Shown: piece after piece, positions 35,008-47,492 of the stretch | Numbering within the stretch: the stretch's first letter is position 1 | How the letters are laid out: each line of letters starts with the position of its first letter | DNA from: Phyllosticta citribraziliensis | Taxonomy: Eukaryota | Assembly: GCF_038025025.1 (NCBI RefSeq) | Contig: NW_027117349.1 | Location: forward strand, 1,054,001 to 1,118,000 | DNA: 64,000 bases | Direction of reading: 5' to 3' | The notes under the pieces: generated by a model | The model's database searches: none | What the model was told of the DNA's origin: nothing | Seen by the model: only the letters and a program-made list of their open reading frames with translations | Translations under genes and position numbers: made by a program

Positions 35008-35361
35008 AGGTAGAATTTGATCAGAACTCTTAGGAGTCAACGAGGTCATGGTCCTGATGCCAACAGTGTTCCCGGCCTGGTCTATTTGGCGAACAACAGT
35101 AACTACAGAGACTCCCTTTGCCTCTTCAGCATCCATCTCTTGCCGGTGAACCAACTTGTGCCTCAGGCCCAGCTTCCTAGGATCGCCGCGCTTCTCGCGG
35201 AGCAGCAGTGGCTCGTAAATGGTCGGGGCCGCCGTGGGAGCAGGAGTACTGTGAAGGACCGTCTCCTTGGCGACTTGCATTTTCCCAAAGCCCATGTCGT
35301 CATCCGCACGCAGGCGGCCCTGCCCTCGCCACACCCGCCTCCGTTTCGCGGGGCTCTCCAT
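32938..35361 (-). CDS. Ser/Thr-rich single-pass membrane protein (Mid2/mucin-like architecture)
   Basis: Long S/T tract with 21-bp repeats; TM IIGGVIGGLCGLAVLLIIALVVL followed by RWYKQRQKR; Pro-rich tail; in-frame intron 34128-34187. Confidence 0.85.
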
Positions 35362-37900
35362 GGTCGGGGTCGGGGCGCGTTGGTCTCAAAACGAGGTCGA
35401 GTCGTAGGGGACGCAGAATTTGTCGCAGATGAGGACCACGGATCGCAATCCAGGCGGCCGTGGCGAAACTCGTGGCCAGCCGACGTTTGGCGGAATAGTG
35501 AGCGTATTAATGGGTGGACTTAAGGAGTGGACGTCTTCGCGGAAGGCCAGGAGAAGGAAAGGGTTGGCGCGGTATGGGGGATGCTATGTACGCCGAGTGC
35601 GATTTTTGGGAAACGAATGGACGCCGGTCGTAAAGTGACTGGCAGCACTCTGGACCTGAGGATCGGTCAGTTACTTGGATGGACCCTGAGGGTGCCGCAA
35701 CGTGGGCGGCGGCGGAGGATCGGCAGGACGCGCCTTTTAGACTACCTCAACGCAGCTGCATCTGCCTGCTCATATGTACTGGAGGAAAGGGAGGAGAGGG
35801 AGGAGGGTGTGCGGCAAAGGTACCGGTACGGGCTTGGGACGGCGTTGTCGAGAGGTGGACGGGTCGCTCTGTCGCTCAGGCGTCGGGGCAGTTTGATTGC
35901 TGGACGCGACTCAACGTTGTGCGACGGATAAAAGTGGACTGAGGTGGCTCGACGGGTGCCGTGTTTGACCTGAGCGAGCGATTGGCGGACGGTGTCTCAG
36001 ACGAAGCTCGTCGGGGGCTGGCGGAGAGGAAGAAGGGAGGAGCCGTCTGGTCGCGGTCGAAGTCGAGGTCGAGGACGGGGACGGGGACGGGGACGAGGAC
36101 CCTCGCGATGGGAGGAGAGGAGAAGAGGCGGCGAGCGAGGGAGCCGGAGTAAAGAAAGAGAAAGCGAGTGACAGTCGAAGCGACGGAGAGGGAAAGGCGT
36201 GGAGTTGTCGACCAGGCAGGCTGGTAGTCAGGCTGGCTGGCTGCCGTGGCTCTGGCTGGCTGTGGTCTGGGTCGCTGCAGCGGCTTGCCGATGTGTGGAT
36301 ATGGCCCAAGCAGCGCGGGATCCCTGCAATGGACGCTGGCAGGTAATTAACCGCAACAACGTGCTGGCGACTGAGTGTCTATTTTCAGCACCCTTGTCCC
36401 TCTTGGCGGGCCATGAAATTCAGTCGTACCTCTATAAGTCGTCCTGGCTTTGCAGAGTTTTCTGTTTGCATGCGCAGACGATATTGTGTCCGTCGTTGTT
36501 GTTGCTCGCCCACGCGACCCCACACTGGAGTCTCGTCCGCTCTCTTGCTCTCCCGCCTCGCTCCCCTTCTGCACGCACTAGTCGTCCGTCCATGCCAGCG
36601 CCGCGACGCCGATGCAGCAGCCCAAAGATAGAATTATGCTCTGCTCTAGACCATGTCTTCCGCTGTCGTTGCCAGGCCCGACACGTGTGCTGCGCTCTGC
36701 ATCTCCAAGTCGTGCTGCTGCCATGTGCTGCCCTCCCGGCCCGCCTGGCGCATGTTGCCCGTCGACGGACGGCTACCTGTAACAGGAGTCGACCATCGGC
36801 CGATTCGCCAGACCATTTGGAAGCCCCAATTCGTCGTCGGGTTCAATTCAAAAACAACAGATGCGGCCATTGTCGTCTGCAAGCGTCCCGGTCCTAGCAT
36901 TGTCAGGGTAAGCGTGCCGGTGTCAAGATGCTTCGTCGTGGTGAAAGCATTCTAGCCTTGTCAGGCTTCTGACGAGCTGTGCAGTGGCCCATGTCGCTGC
37001 AGGTCACCAATGTAGCGCCGTATGTATAGGCTCGTAACGTGAGCTGCAACCGATACATGCACAGGTACGAGCGCTTGCGGCGGAAGGGCCAGAATCATCA
37101 AGCTGGCTAGCTTGGCGTGCCTAATGGAGGTGTGCCGTGGGTGATACGGGAAGCGGTCGTAGGACAGAGCAACAAGATGAGAGTTGCACGCAGATGACGA
37201 CAATAGAGGCTTGTGCTCGTGAGTTGAAGGGCTGGTGGGCTCGCCAGAGGGACCATGAGCACAATGGCCACGCAGCGATGGAATGCAAGTGCCCAGCTAA
37301 AAAAAGAACATGAGGTGGACCGTTGTGTCTTTCCACGCGGGCGCGAGAACAAGCGTCGGCCCGCAATCGAAACCGGCCGACCTGCCCAATCGAAACAATC
37401 ATTACCTGCCCGTAAGCGACGGCAGCCAATGACAGCGCTGGCCGCTCTTTAGCCGGTCTGGCAGATTGATCTGTGCCGGTTTCGGTTAGATCCCGAAGCA
37501 ATTTTACTCCTTCACCGTCGGGACGTGTTTCGATGCCCTTGACCTCCATCACCTCAGTCCAGTTCTGCCGGCCATCATCACCTCACGTGCTCTCCGCCTT
37601 TTGTTGGCCAACCTGACCTGATCGACCAGGCTCTGTCGTCATTCGCTACCTGTACCCCGCAACACCTCTCCGCCCGTAGACGATTGACAGGTTGCAACCT
37701 CAGGCCAGGTCTGTCACATTAGATTTTCACATGACAGCGCGGGAGCTTGCCAGGCCCACCGCCGCTTCCCCTCCGCTCTGCGCATGAAGCTCAGCCTCCA
37801 GCAAAGCCCCCAGATCGAATACGAGAACCCGATGCTGTAAAGGTCATCTTTCCCATGCTCCTCTCGCTGTACCTACCCAACTGCTGTACGAGCCGCCGCC

Positions 37901-40308
37901 ATGAGTCCACCGCCGCTCCCTCCCCGCCATTCCCGCTCCCGCTCCGATAAACCTCACTTGACGCCTGATCCAAACGCCCCGTACAGCCGTGGCGCTGATG
38001 CGGGCTTCCACGACCCACGCTCCTCTTCGACCCAGTCCCTCTTGCCCGAGTCCCCGCCTGCTTACCACCATGATCCGCGCCGCACCCTACTCATGGTCTT
38101 TGTCCATGGCTTCATGGGCGACGAGACCAGCTTCCAACATTTCCCCGCCCACATCCACAACATCGTCACCTTGACCTTGGCCGAAACACACGCCGTGCAC
38201 ACCAAAATCTACCCCAGGTACCGTTCGAGACGCCGGATCGAATATGCTACCGAGGAATTCTCAAAATGGTACTTTTGCCGCTTCTGATTGGTAGCAAATG
38301 CGAAACCGTTGACTGACCCTGCAGGCTTCAACCTCACCTAGGCCCCGATACCGATGTCATCCTCCTGGGCCACTCAATGGGAGGTCTCCTGACGGCTGAT
38401 GTGGTGCTTCTCCCTGGCGCGAGCCCTCGGCCGCTCCGACATCGTATCCTCGGGACCATTAGCTTCGATACGCCATTCCTCGGTATGCACCCTGGAGTCA
38501 TCAAGAGCGGGCTATCGAGCATCTTTCGGCCCGCCCCCGAAAAGTCACCTGAACGTCAACCCGAGTCCGGCTTGACTAGCCAATCCTCGCAAGCAACCAG
38601 CACTAGCACGCTCCAATCGTTCTACACGGCAGAGGCCTCACCGCCTCCTCGAACAGGCACCCTCTTCTCAACTAACCCCAACGATCCAAACTACAACCCC
38701 TCCTTCCAAAACGATGTCGTCCTTCCCGTGCGCAAGGGTTGGAGCAACGCTTTGCATTTTGTCAACAAGCATTCCGATGGTCTCGTCACCGCATCCAAGC
38801 AGCTTGTCAAGTCCCACCTCGAATTCGGCGGCGCCATGGCCGATTACGGGGCCCTGAAGAGGAGGTACAAGCGGATCAGGGCGCTTGAAGAAGAGGACGA
38901 GACGCGCCGACGAGCCGCAATAGACGGGCGTCCTGCATCCGCTGTCCCGCGTGTTCGATTCATCAACTTTTACACCGCCAGCACAGGACGGCCCAAAGCA
39001 GCCAATTCCGGTCACGCTTCACCAAACAGGAGTATACAGACTTCGGATTTGAATTCTGGCCTGTCACAGCTAAGCTTGACATCAACCTACCAAGACTCGA
39101 GCTCCCTGCGAAGTCCCAGTCTGGGACCATCACTGGCCTCCCCGCCAGCCGGCAGAGACGAAGCAAGAGAGCATGTAGACTATTTGACCCCATCTCACTC
39201 TCGTTCCGACTCGGCGTCTCCGCGCGGCTCAGCCGACATGCAGCGAATGTCGCCGCGGCCCATCTCCGAGGCCGACAGCCTTCCTCCCCAGACTGAAGTC
39301 ACGCCTGCGACGCCCTCTTCGCCCACCATGCCAGATGCCACGTTCCCGGACGTGCCTCCGCCTCCTGTCCCCGTACTGCCAGACCCGGCAGAAGTGGACG
39401 CCAAGGCGCGCAAGGCAGCAGACAAAGCGCAAAAGCAGGCGGCCAAGCAGCGCGAGCAGGCTCTCAAGCAGCAGGAGAAGCAGGCCGCGAAGGCGGAAAA
39501 GGAGGCGCGCAAGGAGGAGGCGCGGCGCGAGAAGGAGAGGGCGAAGCAGAAGCAGTCCAAGAGCTCGCTAGATTTGAGCAAGGGTGCAGATGGAGGGGAC
39601 GAGCTGGAGGCGACGCAGAAGTCGGGAGAAGAGCTGAGGCAGGAGAAGGAGCGGCAGCGCGTCGAGGCTGAGGGGCGGCGCATGGCGGCGGCTGAGGCGG
39701 AGCGTTTGCGCGTCCAACGGCGTATGCTGGGTTTGCCTGAGGAAGAGGAAAAGGAGGAGGCAGCGCCTGAGCAAGAGCAGGATACGGCATGCGGCGCGGA
39801 AACAGATGAGCGGCGAGGCAGAACCGAAGTGGAAGAGGGAGACGCCATCTCTGCCGCGAAGCACCAACACCTCCCCATCTACTCTTCCCCTCCACCATCC
39901 CACCACCACTCCCCCGCCCTCTCACCCTCTCAATCCCGCTCTCGCTCCCCCTCCCCTTCATTCTCCCACCACGCCCCCAGCATCGCCACCATCACAACCA
40001 CAACCTCGTCCACGCACCCCGCACGCCCGTCTCCCTCTCCCCACGGTCCCTCCTCCTCATCCTCCCCCAAACCCCCCAAAGACCGCAAGTTCTGCATGCT
40101 GCCGTCCAACCACGCGTCCGACCCCACCTGGATCCGCGTCTTCATGCGCGACGTCGACGAGGTGGGCGCCCACTGCGGGCTCTTCTTCGTCGGCGACACG
40201 TACGCCATGCTGGTCGGCGAGGTGGCGGCGACGGTTGAGAAGTGGGTGTTGGAGGATGTGGGGGAGCGGTGGGCGCGGAGTGCGGGCGAGGTCGGGCAGG
40301 TGGTGTAG
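37901..40308 (+). CDS. DUF676-like alpha/beta hydrolase with a charged coiled-coil insertion
   Basis: FVHGFMG, nucleophile elbow GHSMGG, FDTPFLG, C-terminal DEVGAHCGLF; intron 38269-38324. Confidence 0.88.
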
Positions 40309-40475
40309 ATGGAGATGTGGTGTGGGTTGGATGTGATATGAGATGAGACGAGACACGACGAGACGAGAGGTGTAGAGCGAGGATTAGAATGCACAGAGCG
40401 CCCTGTTTTCGTAGAGCGATAGAAAGATACCTAGCTAAACACGATACCCCATCCCCCATCTCCCAGCTACATAAT

Positions 40476-41087
40476 CTACAACCTCGCACCCACCAAAAAC
40501 GCATACGCCACCACAGCCCCCAAAACAACCAGATTCGTCGCCGAGCTCACGCCGTGCAAGATGGCAAACTTGCGATTCAGCGCCTGCATCTCCTCGCTGT
40601 GCGGGCCCGCATCGTAGCTCTTCTTCCCGTCGCGCGTCTCCTGGTGCTTGCGCTCCTTCATGACGGCCGTCGTCTGCGGGCCGACGAGCACGAGGTTCAG
40701 CAGGCCGCCGGCGGCCATTGCGATGGTCAGGTTGGTCGCTGTGTTGAATGTGCTCGTGGGGGACAGGGAGGCATTGGAGAGGGAGGAGGGTTGCGTCAGG
40801 TAGAGGGCGGCCGGGATGAGCGTTTGCAGCGTGAAGTAGACGGGGAAGATTTTGGATTGCAGCGAGGCGAATTGCGGGCGGGGGAGGACGCGGAAGGCGA
40901 CGACGCCGCCGATGAAGGATTGGAAGAGGGTGCTGCCGAGGAGGGTGCCGTAGCTGTTGGGGACGTGTTAGTGGGGTGGCTTCAGGTGCGCGATGCGATG
41001 GAGTGGTGATGGGAGAGAGTGGTGGTGGACTCACGCAAGCAAGTGGTACGGCGCGGGGTCCCCGAGGCTCGCGAATGTCGACGTCAT
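40476..41087 (-). CDS. TMEM205-like (DUF4149) membrane protein
   Basis: PYHLLAYGTLLGSTLFQSFIGGVVAFRVLPRPQFASLQSKIFPVYF ... LNRKFAILHGVSS; intron 40954-41034. Confidence 0.88.
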
Positions 41088-42364
41088 GTCGGCGGAACGT
41101 AGGTAGATGGGCAGACGCGTCGCGCGTGGGTGTCGCTTTAGACTCGAGCGCAAAATGAAGTGGCTACTGGCGGGCAGCAAAGTCACAGCAGGTAGACGGA
41201 CGGCCGTGCGGAGTGAACACAATTGAAGGTGGAGGTGGAGATGGCGGACGGGCGGTGGAGCGAGTGAGGTGAGGTCGTTTATGCTACGGGCTAGTGGCGA
41301 GACATGGATGGATGCTCTAGCGGCGGGCCAGTCGTGATGCAGTACATCTCCGCCCCGTCCCGTCTTTTGTGCCTCGAGTGGCTGGCCGGCTGCCTGGGGC
41401 CCTGTGAGGGAGCTTTGTGGATGTAAGTTGTTGCGTTTGAATTTAAGGCGTTGGGGGCTCATTTCGTTTGCTTTGGGATTTGGGTGGGGTAGAGAGCTTG
41501 GTGTCGGAGTCGTTTCCTATTATGCGGCTAAGGCAAGTGTTTCCGTTGCCCATCTTGAGGGAACTTTGGATGGTGAATCCATCTTCTCTCCAGAAGCGCT
41601 GCATGTAGGGAGATCGCGTTCTGGTTTCTGGAGTCGTGACCAAGGAAAGAGTAGGTGGGCGGGTCTGTGCGCGCCACATCCAATAGGTCTGCATGAGGTG
41701 TCCATGGATAGGTATATTTTCATAGTTACAACAACAGTGTTTCTTTCCCACATCAAGATGGCATCGATGTCAGTGCCAATTGCATCGTCTATGACTGAAA
41801 GCAGCTAACCATGATTATAGCTTCACCAATCGCCCCATCACATTTGCCTTTTCGCAGCCGCCGCCGGTCACCATGCGGCCCGGCCAGCGGCGCGGCGATG
41901 TGGTGTTGCCTCCCCCTCGCTCCCCGACCCTAGCACCATCGCCTTCTCCTCCTCCACAGGCCTCGGAGCCGGTGCCTTCTGTGTCGCGTCGGGTGGACGA
42001 GCCCGAGTTCTCGCCTCTCCCCCGCCGCCCAAAATACCAAGCGGGCGAGATAGACAAAGACGAGGTGTTGGATGCTGGAACAGTCAATGATTCCGGCCAG
42101 CAGCTGAGGTGACATCACAGCGCGGTAGGCGTCAACCACCAATCAACGCAGGCGATCTTCTTTGAATTTGCTGACTAACCATGCACGGACCTCACAGCAC
42201 GTGTTGACGCGCCGACCCGGCAACGCAGCTCTCCAAAGAACGCGACTGCTGCCTTCGGATTGTCGAGCACCAAGCGATTCTCGCGCGCCAGCAGAAATGC
42301 GCGCCACGCCGCTCTCCTCTTCCTCTTCTTCCTGATTTGTTTCTGCATCGCCTCGTCCTGCACC

Positions 42365-44681
42365 ATGACCGACAAAGAGGCCACAGTTTACGTCGTCGAT
42401 GTCGGCAAGTCGACGGGCGAGAAGCGCGGTGGAAGAGATGAGTCCGACTTGGACTGGAACATGCGCTACGTGTGGGACAAGATTACCACGACGGTTTCCA
42501 CAGGCCGCAAGACGCTGTTCGTTGGCGTCGTGGGGCTCAGGACTGATGGTAAGATTTCATCTGAAAGCGCGCCCCACGTCATTGACACCATCCAGAAACC
42601 AAGGTCAATCTGGATGACGACGAGGGATATGAGCACGTTTCCATTCTGCAGCCGCTGAGCCAGATCCTGATGCCACAGGTCCGCCAACTGCGTGACCACA
42701 TCCGGCCCAGCAATACCAACAAGGGCGACGCCATTTCAGCCGTGGTCGTTGCCATGCAAATGATATCCGACCACTGCCGCAAGCTCAAGTACATTCGACG
42801 CATCGTCCTCGTCACCGACGGCCGCGGAAGCATAGACCCAGACGACTTGGGCCAAATCTCCAACAAGCTCAAGGCTGAAAACATCGAGCTTGTCATTCTC
42901 GGTGCCGACTTTGATGATCCGGAGTATGGCGTCAAGGAAGAGGACAAGGACCCCGACAAGGCTGTCAATGAAGCCATCCTCCGCCAGTTCGCTGAAGATT
43001 GCAATGGCGTGTGTGGCACCATGGCGCAGGCCATTGACGAGCTCGATATCCCGCAAGTCAAGCCTGTAAGACCAATCCCTGGTTACAAGGGACCTTTGAT
43101 CCTAGGAACGGGCGACTCTGCCATGGAAATTCCCGTCGAACGATATCCCAGAATTATGCAAGCAAGACCGCCGACTGCCAGCTCCTATGTTCACAGATCT
43201 GACCTCGCGCCAGGCGAGTCTTCCCAGATTCAGTCTTCGGCCACCGTTGCTGGAAATGGCGACGGACCACAGACAGAGCACGACAGTCTGGCGGCAGTCA
43301 AGCAAGCCACCACCTTTCATGTTGCCGAAGAAGGCGCACCAGGTGGAAAGCGCGATATCGATCGTGAGGACCTGTCAAGAGGATATAATTACGGAAGCAC
43401 AGTGGTGCCAATCAGCGAATCCGAAAATGACATTGTCGAGCTCAAGACCGAGGCCACTCTCGACATCATCGGCTTCATTCCAGCAGACAAGTTTGAGCGC
43501 TACCTGCAAATGTCACGCACCAACACCATCATCGCTCAAAAAGCAAACGAAAAGGCCAGCATGGCGCTCTCATCATTGATCCATGCGCTGTACGAGCTTG
43601 AGTCTTTGGCTGTTGTTCGATTCGTAGCCAAGGATATGAAGCCGCCTGTCATTCTCGTTCTGGCGCCCGAGATCAGCGCGGACCATGAGTGTTTGGTTGA
43701 TTGCGAGCTTCCATTCGCAGAAGACATCCGCGGCTACCGCTTCCCGCCCCTTGACCGTGTCGTCACGGTATCTGGAAAGACGATTGAAGAGCATCGCAAT
43801 CTGCCCAGCAAAGATCTCATGAGCGCCATGAGCGACTATGTGGACAGTATGGACCTATCGACAGCAGGCACAGACGAAGAGGGGTAATTGTCCTCTTCCC
43901 AGTCATTTGTTGATCGACTAACTCTTGCCAGGAATCCTGCCGAATACGCCCTCTTTGAAGACGCCTACTCTCCCGTCCTCCATCGCGTACAGCAAGCTAT
44001 CCGCTGGCGCGCCGTTCGTCCAATGGACGAACTGCCACCTCCTCCCGGTATCCTCACCCGCTTCATGCATCCACCAGAACATGTCCTTAAGGCAGCCGGC
44101 GCCAAGCTCGATGCACTTATCAAGGCGGCGGATATCAAGCGCGTCCCGCCTAAGCAAAAAGGTCGCAAGCGCACGCGCGAATTCGAAAAGCCACTCTCTG
44201 GTCTCAACATTGAAGCTCTACTTGGCGGCAATCGGTCCAAGAAAGTCAAGATCACGCCTGAAAATGCAATTCCAGAATTCAAGCAAGCCTTGTCGGCGGT
44301 GGAAGATCCGACTGCTATCAAAGGAATCGCAGATCAGTTGACCAAAATTGTCCACGGCTACATCAAGGAGTCGATGGGAGATAGTGGCTACGGAAGAGCT
44401 GTTGAGGCGATACGAGTGTTCAAAGAGGAAGTGGTCGATCTGGAAGAGCCTCAGATTTTCAACGACTTTCTCAAGGGATTGAAGGAGAGAATCACGAGTG
44501 GTGAGCTGGGCGCTGACAGGAGGGAAATGTGGTATCTGGTCAAGGTCAATCGGCTGGGATTGATCGACAAGCGGACAAGCGAGTTGAGTGATGTCAGCGA
44601 GGAAGAGGCCAAGGCGGTAAGTCGTTTCTCTAATTTTCCAGGCTTTCGCTGACCTGCATGCAGTTCATGTCGACGAAATGA
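42365..44681 (+). CDS. ku80: Ku80, non-homologous end-joining DNA-binding subunit
   Basis: [14 protein letters not shown] vWA start, [44 protein letters not shown]; introns 42549-42595, 43884-43931, 44617-44663. Confidence 0.95.
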
Positions 44682-45371
44682 TGAAGTCTAGATCAGCGGC
44701 CCTTGCATAGCCTTCAAAGTTGAAGCAATAGTCTTGCAAAATGAAGGTTCCCAGTCCAGTCATGCAGGTTCCCAAAGCGTGCCGTTCGTTGCTCTGTGCA
44801 TCTGCTCCATCCTATCCCCAATTCGTACGTATCACACAGCACACCACTCCTTCCACAGCACACGACAGCAATCTCCCGACGCAAGCCGCGGCCACGGCCG
44901 CCGCCCAGGCTCGCCCGTTTTGATTGGCGATGGACACGTCCACGAGGAAATGTCCGCCGTGCTGGGTCTGTCATACCTGCCCTGTTTTTTCCTGCCGTGA
45001 CGGACGCTGTGCCACGGTCGCCGTTTGCTGCCGCCCCGGCCCTGCTGTGCCTGACTGAGGCAAGGGACAAATTAAAAACGCTGCTGTGTCACGCTGCACG
45101 CGGAGAGCGCAGATGGCTTGGCTCTTGCGTGCAAACGGTAGGGTGCGGGTGAGACTCACTAGAGGTGCTACTATGGTGTTGCAGGCTGCGCGGGTATTGA
45201 AAGATGGTGTGCTTATTGTGGAAGGTGAGTTGTGCTCCTTGGATTTCCCTGGTTTGGTGGCTAATTGTCTCGTTTTGCTATACGCCTGGGAGCATACGAA
45301 CAGAATCAAATATCTACAACTTCTGTATCGAAAAGGCTAGCTCAGACTCTTCTTCCGCCCTACAATAGCAA

Positions 45372-46943
45372 TCACTCTCGAGCAACCTTCAGCCGCGCCT
45401 TTACTCCCTCGTGTCGCGGGCCTGGAGCACACACGATTGTAAAGTTGTGGTAATCTCGACTTGGATCCACGTCCACTCCCTCTATCGCCTCGAACCTCTG
45501 CAGCATCCGCACAATGACGTACCCGGCCTCCGTCAGGGCAAACTGCTGACCGATGCAAATTCTCGGACCACCATTGAACGGCGCATACGTCCACCCAGGC
45601 CTCCTCTTCTCCCACCGCTCAGGCACAAATTCATCAGCGTCCGGACCCCAGAGATCGTGGCGGCGATGCATGACGTGCGTGCTGAAGTTGACCTCCGTCC
45701 CCGCCGGGACGAAGACAGGAGCCGTGCCATCCGGACCACCGCCCGTCGGCAACGTCGTGTCGCGGACGGCGCAGCGGCTGTTGAACGGGACGATGGAGTG
45801 CAGGCGCAGCGTCTCGTTCATGACGTGCTGGAGATAGGCGCAGCCCTTGAGCTTCTCGAACGTGATGGAGCCCTGCTGCTCCTCGCGGTACGGCCCAAAC
45901 GTCTCGAGCACCACGCCGCGCAGCTTCGCAAACACGCGCGGGCTCCGGATCAGGCAGTAGAAGGTCCAGCTCATCAGCGACGCCGTCGTGTCGCGGCCGG
46001 CGGCTAGCAGCCCCAGCACGTGTTCGCGCACCTCGGCCGCGTCGGAGCAGCGCGAGATGAGTGTGTTGAGGAAGTCGTACTTTTTGTGGCTGCCGTGCGC
46101 CTTGTTGTCGCGCTGCGCCGCCTGGGCCTCGCTCATGGCCTTGTCGACGAAGGCGTGGAGGATGCCGATGCAGCGCGAGAGCTCGCCTTCGCCGTATAGC
46201 CAGTAGAAGCTCCGCAGCCGCATGCGGATGCCGAGAAGCTGCTGCACGCGCTCGAATGCCTCGTGGAAGTTGTTCTCCTCTTCGCGCCCCCGCAGTTTGC
46301 TGAGAAGAGAGTGTGTTGACTTTCCCAAAAACAGCTCCGTTGACGAGTCAATCGTCAGGCTGGGGAAAAGCGCGGCCAGGTTGACGGGCGCCGTCCAGCC
46401 ATCATCGCCAATCGGCATGCATTGCAGCATGAGGCGGAAGTGTTGTTCGAGCAAAGCCAAATCGGACACGTTCTCCCTCGAGAAAATCGGTCTCACCACC
46501 TCGCGCGCGGCATGCCACGCCGCGCCATCGACGGCAAAAATACTCCTTCCAAGCACCCTCTTCAAGTTCGTCCTGCGCGCAGCACCCATGATGAAGTCGC
46601 CAAACTGCGTCGCAAGCACCGCCTGCACGTTCTTCGGCTCGGCAGTGATGAAGTTTTCCGTCCCCAGGATGCGCAGCCGCCACGTGTAGCGCGGGCCCAT
46701 GGCGTTGAAGCGCTCGACGACGAAATCCGGCGTCCGCTGCTCCCGGTCGGCGCGCAGGCCGGCAAGCACCATGTCGATGCCCAGCGGCCAGCGGGTGGGC
46801 TCGACGGGGACGGGCAAGCAGCCCAGCGCGGCGGCTTTGCGCGAGATGCGCAGGCGGCGGACAAACCGGTCGACGAGGTTGACGACGACGAACAGCAGCA
46901 GCGCTGCGGGCACGATCGTCGTGATGTTGCTGGAGAGCAGCAT
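45372..46943 (-). CDS. Cytochrome P450, CYP52-clan-like, intronless
   Basis: N-terminal TM anchor, AGRDTT, ETLR, PERW, heme motif FNGGPRICIG. Confidence 0.95.
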   Translation of the reverse strand: MLLSSNITTIVPAALLLFVVVNLVDRFVRRLRISRKAAALGCLPVPVEPTRWPLGIDMVLAGLRADREQRTPDFVVERFNAMGPRYTWRLRILGTENFITAEPKNVQAVLATQFGDFIMGAARRTNLKRVLGRSIFAVDGAAWHAAREVVRPIFSRENVSDLALLEQHFRLMLQCMPIGDDGWTAPVNLAALFPSLTIDSSTELFLGKSTHSLLSKLRGREEENNFHEAFERVQQLLGIRMRLRSFYWLYGEGELSRCIGILHAFVDKAMSEAQAAQRDNKAHGSHKKYDFLNTLISRCSDAAEVREHVLGLLAAGRDTTASLMSWTFYCLIRSPRVFAKLRGVVLETFGPYREEQQGSITFEKLKGCAYLQHVMNETLRLHSIVPFNSRCAVRDTTLPTGGGPDGTAPVFVPAGTEVNFSTHVMHRRHDLWGPDADEFVPERWEKRRPGWTYAPFNGGPRICIGQQFALTEAGYVIVRMLQRFEAIEGVDVDPSRDYHNFTIVCAPGPRHEGVKARLKVARE

Positions 46944-47492
46944 GTTGGTGGTGGTTGCAGGTGTGAGGCGGCTGGGTGGTCTCCCCGTGACATATCCAAG
47001 GGGTATTTAACGCGGGTCGGGGCTGTCTGGGCCGTTCGTCCCTGACGCGTGCCTTTTCCCTGCCTCTGTATTGGCGCGCTGCTGCTACGCCTTTTCGGCC
47101 CGAGCCGATTCAAGACATGGTCTGCTGGACGGGGATTCCGGGTCTGCTTTTACGAGGTTTGTTGTTCAAGCTTAGGCGGACTTCGCTGGTTCCCTGAGGT
47201 ACCATGTGCTTGATATCCGGTCCCGAGATCCGGGACTACGCCCTGGAGATGGGGTTTTGGAGGCTTTCAAAGTAAACGCTATCTGGTGGCATGGTTTGCG
47301 GGAGGTCTATCCTGCAGCCAACTCAATTCTGTTTTTTCGCTTCGTCATCGGGAAGAGTGGTGATGCAGGGGCCTCATCTGATGGCGATTCGACCAAGCAC
47401 TTCCCCATTATTCACCAGACAAGGCACAAAAGTCTTCATCTCGCAATATTCTGTTTACAAAATCTCTGCCAGTCCCCAGTCCTCTTCAAACA

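Noticed and set aside
35900..37740. ORFs and (GGGGAC)n repeats between divergent genes
   Set aside because: Consistent with GC-rich promoter/UTR sequence and a short microsatellite.
42365..44681. ku80 as part of the PKS cluster
   Set aside because: Housekeeping DNA-repair gene; more simply marks the cluster boundary.
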